Virus record (IMG/VR): IMGVR_UViG_3300020151_000786
Coordinates: 1-29,110 of that record
Reading direction: 5' to 3' (one strand)
Origin: a virus
Taxonomy: Duplodnaviria; Caudoviricetes
Length of the DNA stretch: 29,110 bases
The notes beneath the pieces were generated by a model. That model was not told the origin of the DNA, ran no database searches, and was given only the letters and a program-made list of their open reading frames with translations. Both the position numbers and the translations under genes were made by a program. Position 1 is the stretch's first letter, and every line of letters starts with the position of its first letter. Shown one piece after another: positions 26,688 through 29,110 of this stretch.

Positions 26688-26706
26688 TTCCACATTTTAT
26701 GATGGA

Positions 26707-26713
26707 CTAAATA
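26707..26713 (+). promoter_or_regulatory. Late promoter variant CTAAATA
   Basis: TAAATA core 31 nt upstream of GTG 26745. Confidence 0.5.
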
Positions 26714-26744
26714 TCTTAATACATGTCTAGGAATAGAACTAAAA

Positions 26745-29110
26745 GTGACGCTTAAAAAACCATCGGATATTTTTACTGATAAAGAAACCTCTGGAATTTT
26801 CAATACTCCAGAGGTTTCTTCGGACATCACGGAAACTTATGATCGTTTCCGTGATAATTTAGATAGAGTTAATATCTTAACTGAAAAGGTAGAACAACTA
26901 TCTCATCAATTATCTGAGAAGTTGGATAGAACTGATCTTGAGAATGCAATGCTTTCTCAGTTGATGGTTCTTGATGAGAACTTTAAGTCACTTCAAAATC
27001 AAGTCAAAGGTCTAAACAAAGAAGACCTTAGGGATTTTAGAACAACTGTTGCAGACCTTACTGAAATCGTTGAAGGTCTTGTAGAAGAAGAACTGCCAAA
27101 ATATAAGAAACAAGTAACCAGAAATGAAGTTAGAATTGGTGAAAAATTTAATCAATTAAAAGAAGTTGTTGAAGAGAATATCTCAGGCATCAGAGAAGAA
27201 ATAGATACTCAGGTCAATAACATTGCAGAAGTTATTGATAATAACTTAGAGTATTTTAATAATCAACTTCAAGAGACTTCTAACGAAGTTAAAAGGACAA
27301 CTAATACTTATAACAAACTATCCAAAATTGTAGAAAGTAGAGTTTCCAAAGAAAATGAGAAGTTAGAAGAATATTCTCAAGTCATCAAGTCTCTTTATGA
27401 AGCATTTGTAGAACTTGAGACATCACTTCAGGAAGAAACTTCTACACATCTTCAAGTAATTGAGGAGAAATTTGAAACTATTTCTTCCGATGTAAATACT
27501 AGAATTGATAGTATTGATGAAGAAGTAGACAATATTAAAGATAAGGTTTCTTCCGAGATTTCAAATATCAAAGCAGATGTTGTTATTAACGAACAACATT
27601 TAAAGAAGGTTGATAAGTATCTACAAGAACATCACCAAGAATTAATCACTCTCAAAGAAGAAGTATTTGCAGAGATTGACCAAATTCCTGTTGGAAATCT
27701 TCAAGAGAACCTTGAGAGACTTGAGATGAAGATTGATTTCATCAAAGAAACATATTCAAGAATTGAACCAGATGTCGTTGTACAAGAAGTTATCAAAGAA
27801 GGACTTCTGAATGAGCCACCATCAACAAAGAATTCTGACCCACTTACACCACTTGACCAAAACTTTGTAACTCTAGACCAACTCCAACAACATTATCGTC
27901 TGTTTTTAAATCGTATTCAACAACAACTCTCCACAATCGGTGGTGGTGGTGAAACACAGTTCAGATATCTAGATGATGTTGTAGGACTTGCAACTAATTC
28001 AAGTTTTTATGACGGTAAAGTTCTATCTTGGAATTCAACAACCAATAAAGCAGAATTTGTATCAGTTGGTGATTTGGATGAGGATACCTTAGATACAGTC
28101 ACAGATCGTGGAAATACAACCACGAATGGTATTGGAGTTTCGTTTGTAAATCTTCCCGTTGGTTCTGTTATTTCTGGTGCATCTTCAATTACTGCTAATA
28201 TTGGTAATGAAAGTTTGAATGCAGTTCTTGAGTATGGAAATATTGCAAATTTAAGTATTGGTGACTATGGATTACCTTTTGGTATTACTGGTGTTCCATA
28301 TGTAGTTTATGAACTCAATAATGTTCCAACCCCTGCAATTCAAGTTGGTGATATTATTGGTGGTGCTGCAATTCCAGTAGAAAGTGCTATTCTTTATGTT
28401 GGTATTGGCACTTATAATAAAATTCTTATTGCTGATAAAAATTTCCCTGTAGGTGGAGTTCTTCCAGAAGAAGATACTGTACTCACTTTTGCTCGTCCAA
28501 TTGTGAATGCAGGTCTATCATTAGCAACTCTACCAGATACTGATATTACATTAAATCCTGGTGCTGGTGGTCAGGTTGTTACTCACTCCGACATTCTTCC
28601 ATACACAACCAATGAGTGGTCATTAGGTTCTCCAGGCAAAAGATTTAAAGAAGTCTGGTTTGGAACTGGTACGATTTACGTTCAGGACGAAACATTAGGA
28701 AACGACCAAGCATTGGGTGCAAGAGGTGGTAATTTCTATATTGATGGTGGTGCAGGTTTAGAAGTTGGTGAATGGATTTTAAGAGATAATACTTTACAGA
28801 TTAAAGATAATACCCGTGATGTTTATATTGGTTCTCTTGGTGCGACTGCAGATATTATCTTCAATCGTGCAGTTAGAGTAGAAAATGCTGCTAATAGAAC
28901 TGCATTTTATAGTGACCGCACAGGACGCACTCAATTCTATCCTCCATCTATTCCCGCAAATGATATTGGTGGAGTAAGTATTATTGGTTCTACTAATGGA
29001 GCATATCAACCAGTTATAAATGCTGGTGGAATGTTGCACATTACTGGTAATGATGGTGCAGTAAGTCGTATTACTAATGATGGATTTGGTACTGGGGCTT
29101 TCCCTGCTTA
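26745..29110 (+). CDS. Coiled-coil plus fibre-like virion protein, 3'-truncated by the window edge (at least 788 aa)
   Basis: Absent from the ORF track because it has no stop in the window. GTG start, MTLKKPSDIF...; about 400 aa Glu/Lys/Leu-rich helical region, then QQQLSTIGGGGETQFRYLDDV (GGGG at 27939-27950), then a beta-rich part with DILPYTTNEWSLGSPGKRFKEVW. I read the frame open to the end. Confidence 0.88.
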   Translation, partial: MTLKKPSDIFTDKETSGIFNTPEVSSDITETYDRFRDNLDRVNILTEKVEQLSHQLSEKLDRTDLENAMLSQLMVLDENFKSLQNQVKGLNKEDLRDFRTTVADLTEIVEGLVEEELPKYKKQVTRNEVRIGEKFNQLKEVVEENISGIREEIDTQVNNIAEVIDNNLEYFNNQLQETSNEVKRTTNTYNKLSKIVESRVSKENEKLEEYSQVIKSLYEAFVELETSLQEETSTHLQVIEEKFETISSDVNTRIDSIDEEVDNIKDKVSSEISNIKADVVINEQHLKKVDKYLQEHHQELITLKEEVFAEIDQIPVGNLQENLERLEMKIDFIKETYSRIEPDVVVQEVIKEGLLNEPPSTKNSDPLTPLDQNFVTLDQLQQHYRLFLNRIQQQLSTIGGGGETQFRYLDDVVGLATNSSFYDGKVLSWNSTTNKAEFVSVGDLDEDTLDTVTDRGNTTTNGIGVSFVNLPVGSVISGASSITANIGNESLNAVLEYGNIANLSIGDYGLPFGITGVPYVVYELNNVPTPAIQVGDIIGGAAIPVESAILYVGIGTYNKILIADKNFPVGGVLPEEDTVLTFARPIVNAGLSLATLPDTDITLNPGAGGQVVTHSDILPYTTNEWSLGSPGKRFKEVWFGTGTIYVQDETLGNDQALGARGGNFYIDGGAGLEVGEWILRDNTLQIKDNTRDVYIGSLGATADIIFNRAVRVENAANRTAFYSDRTGRTQFYPPSIPANDIGGVSIIGSTNGAYQPVINAGGMLHITGNDGAVSRITNDGFGTGAFPA

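Noticed and set aside
1-29110. tRNA, rRNA, transposase or integrase genes
   Set aside because: None recognised; all intergenic gaps are under about 90 bp and hold promoters or terminators.

Overview
Late (virion morphogenesis) region of a large, AT-rich T4-like myovirus, most like cyanophages. Order on +: a giant repeat-rich fibre gene running in from the left edge (<2-4957), a 3548-aa tail fibre with a C-terminal S74 chaperone (4997-15643), a small ORF, a terminator plus late promoter, a mosaic 507-aa protein and an 84-aa ORF, terminase large subunit g17, a small Zn-finger ORF, tail sheath g18, tail tube g19 and portal g20. A B12-binding radical SAM gene follows on the - strand, then a 50-aa ORF and a coiled-coil/fibre gene that runs off the right edge; the last two are missing from the ORF track. 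T4-type late promoters (TATAAATA/ATAAATA) precede most units. Main leads: (1) four phycobiliprotein-like units inside the tail fibre, each with a K-C-[KA]-R-D-[IL]-G-Y motif matching the bilin-binding Cys84 site of phycocyanin alpha, plus four Cys in a Cys155-like context, apparently nested inside one another; (2) an A_AAA_AAG slippery site at the stop of the 507-aa gene that would fuse it by -1 frameshift to the 84-aa ORF; (3) the antisense radical SAM gene with its own late promoter; (4) hairpins early in the coding regions of g17, g20 and the last gene. All homology calls come from motifs recognised by eye and from memory; no searches were run.
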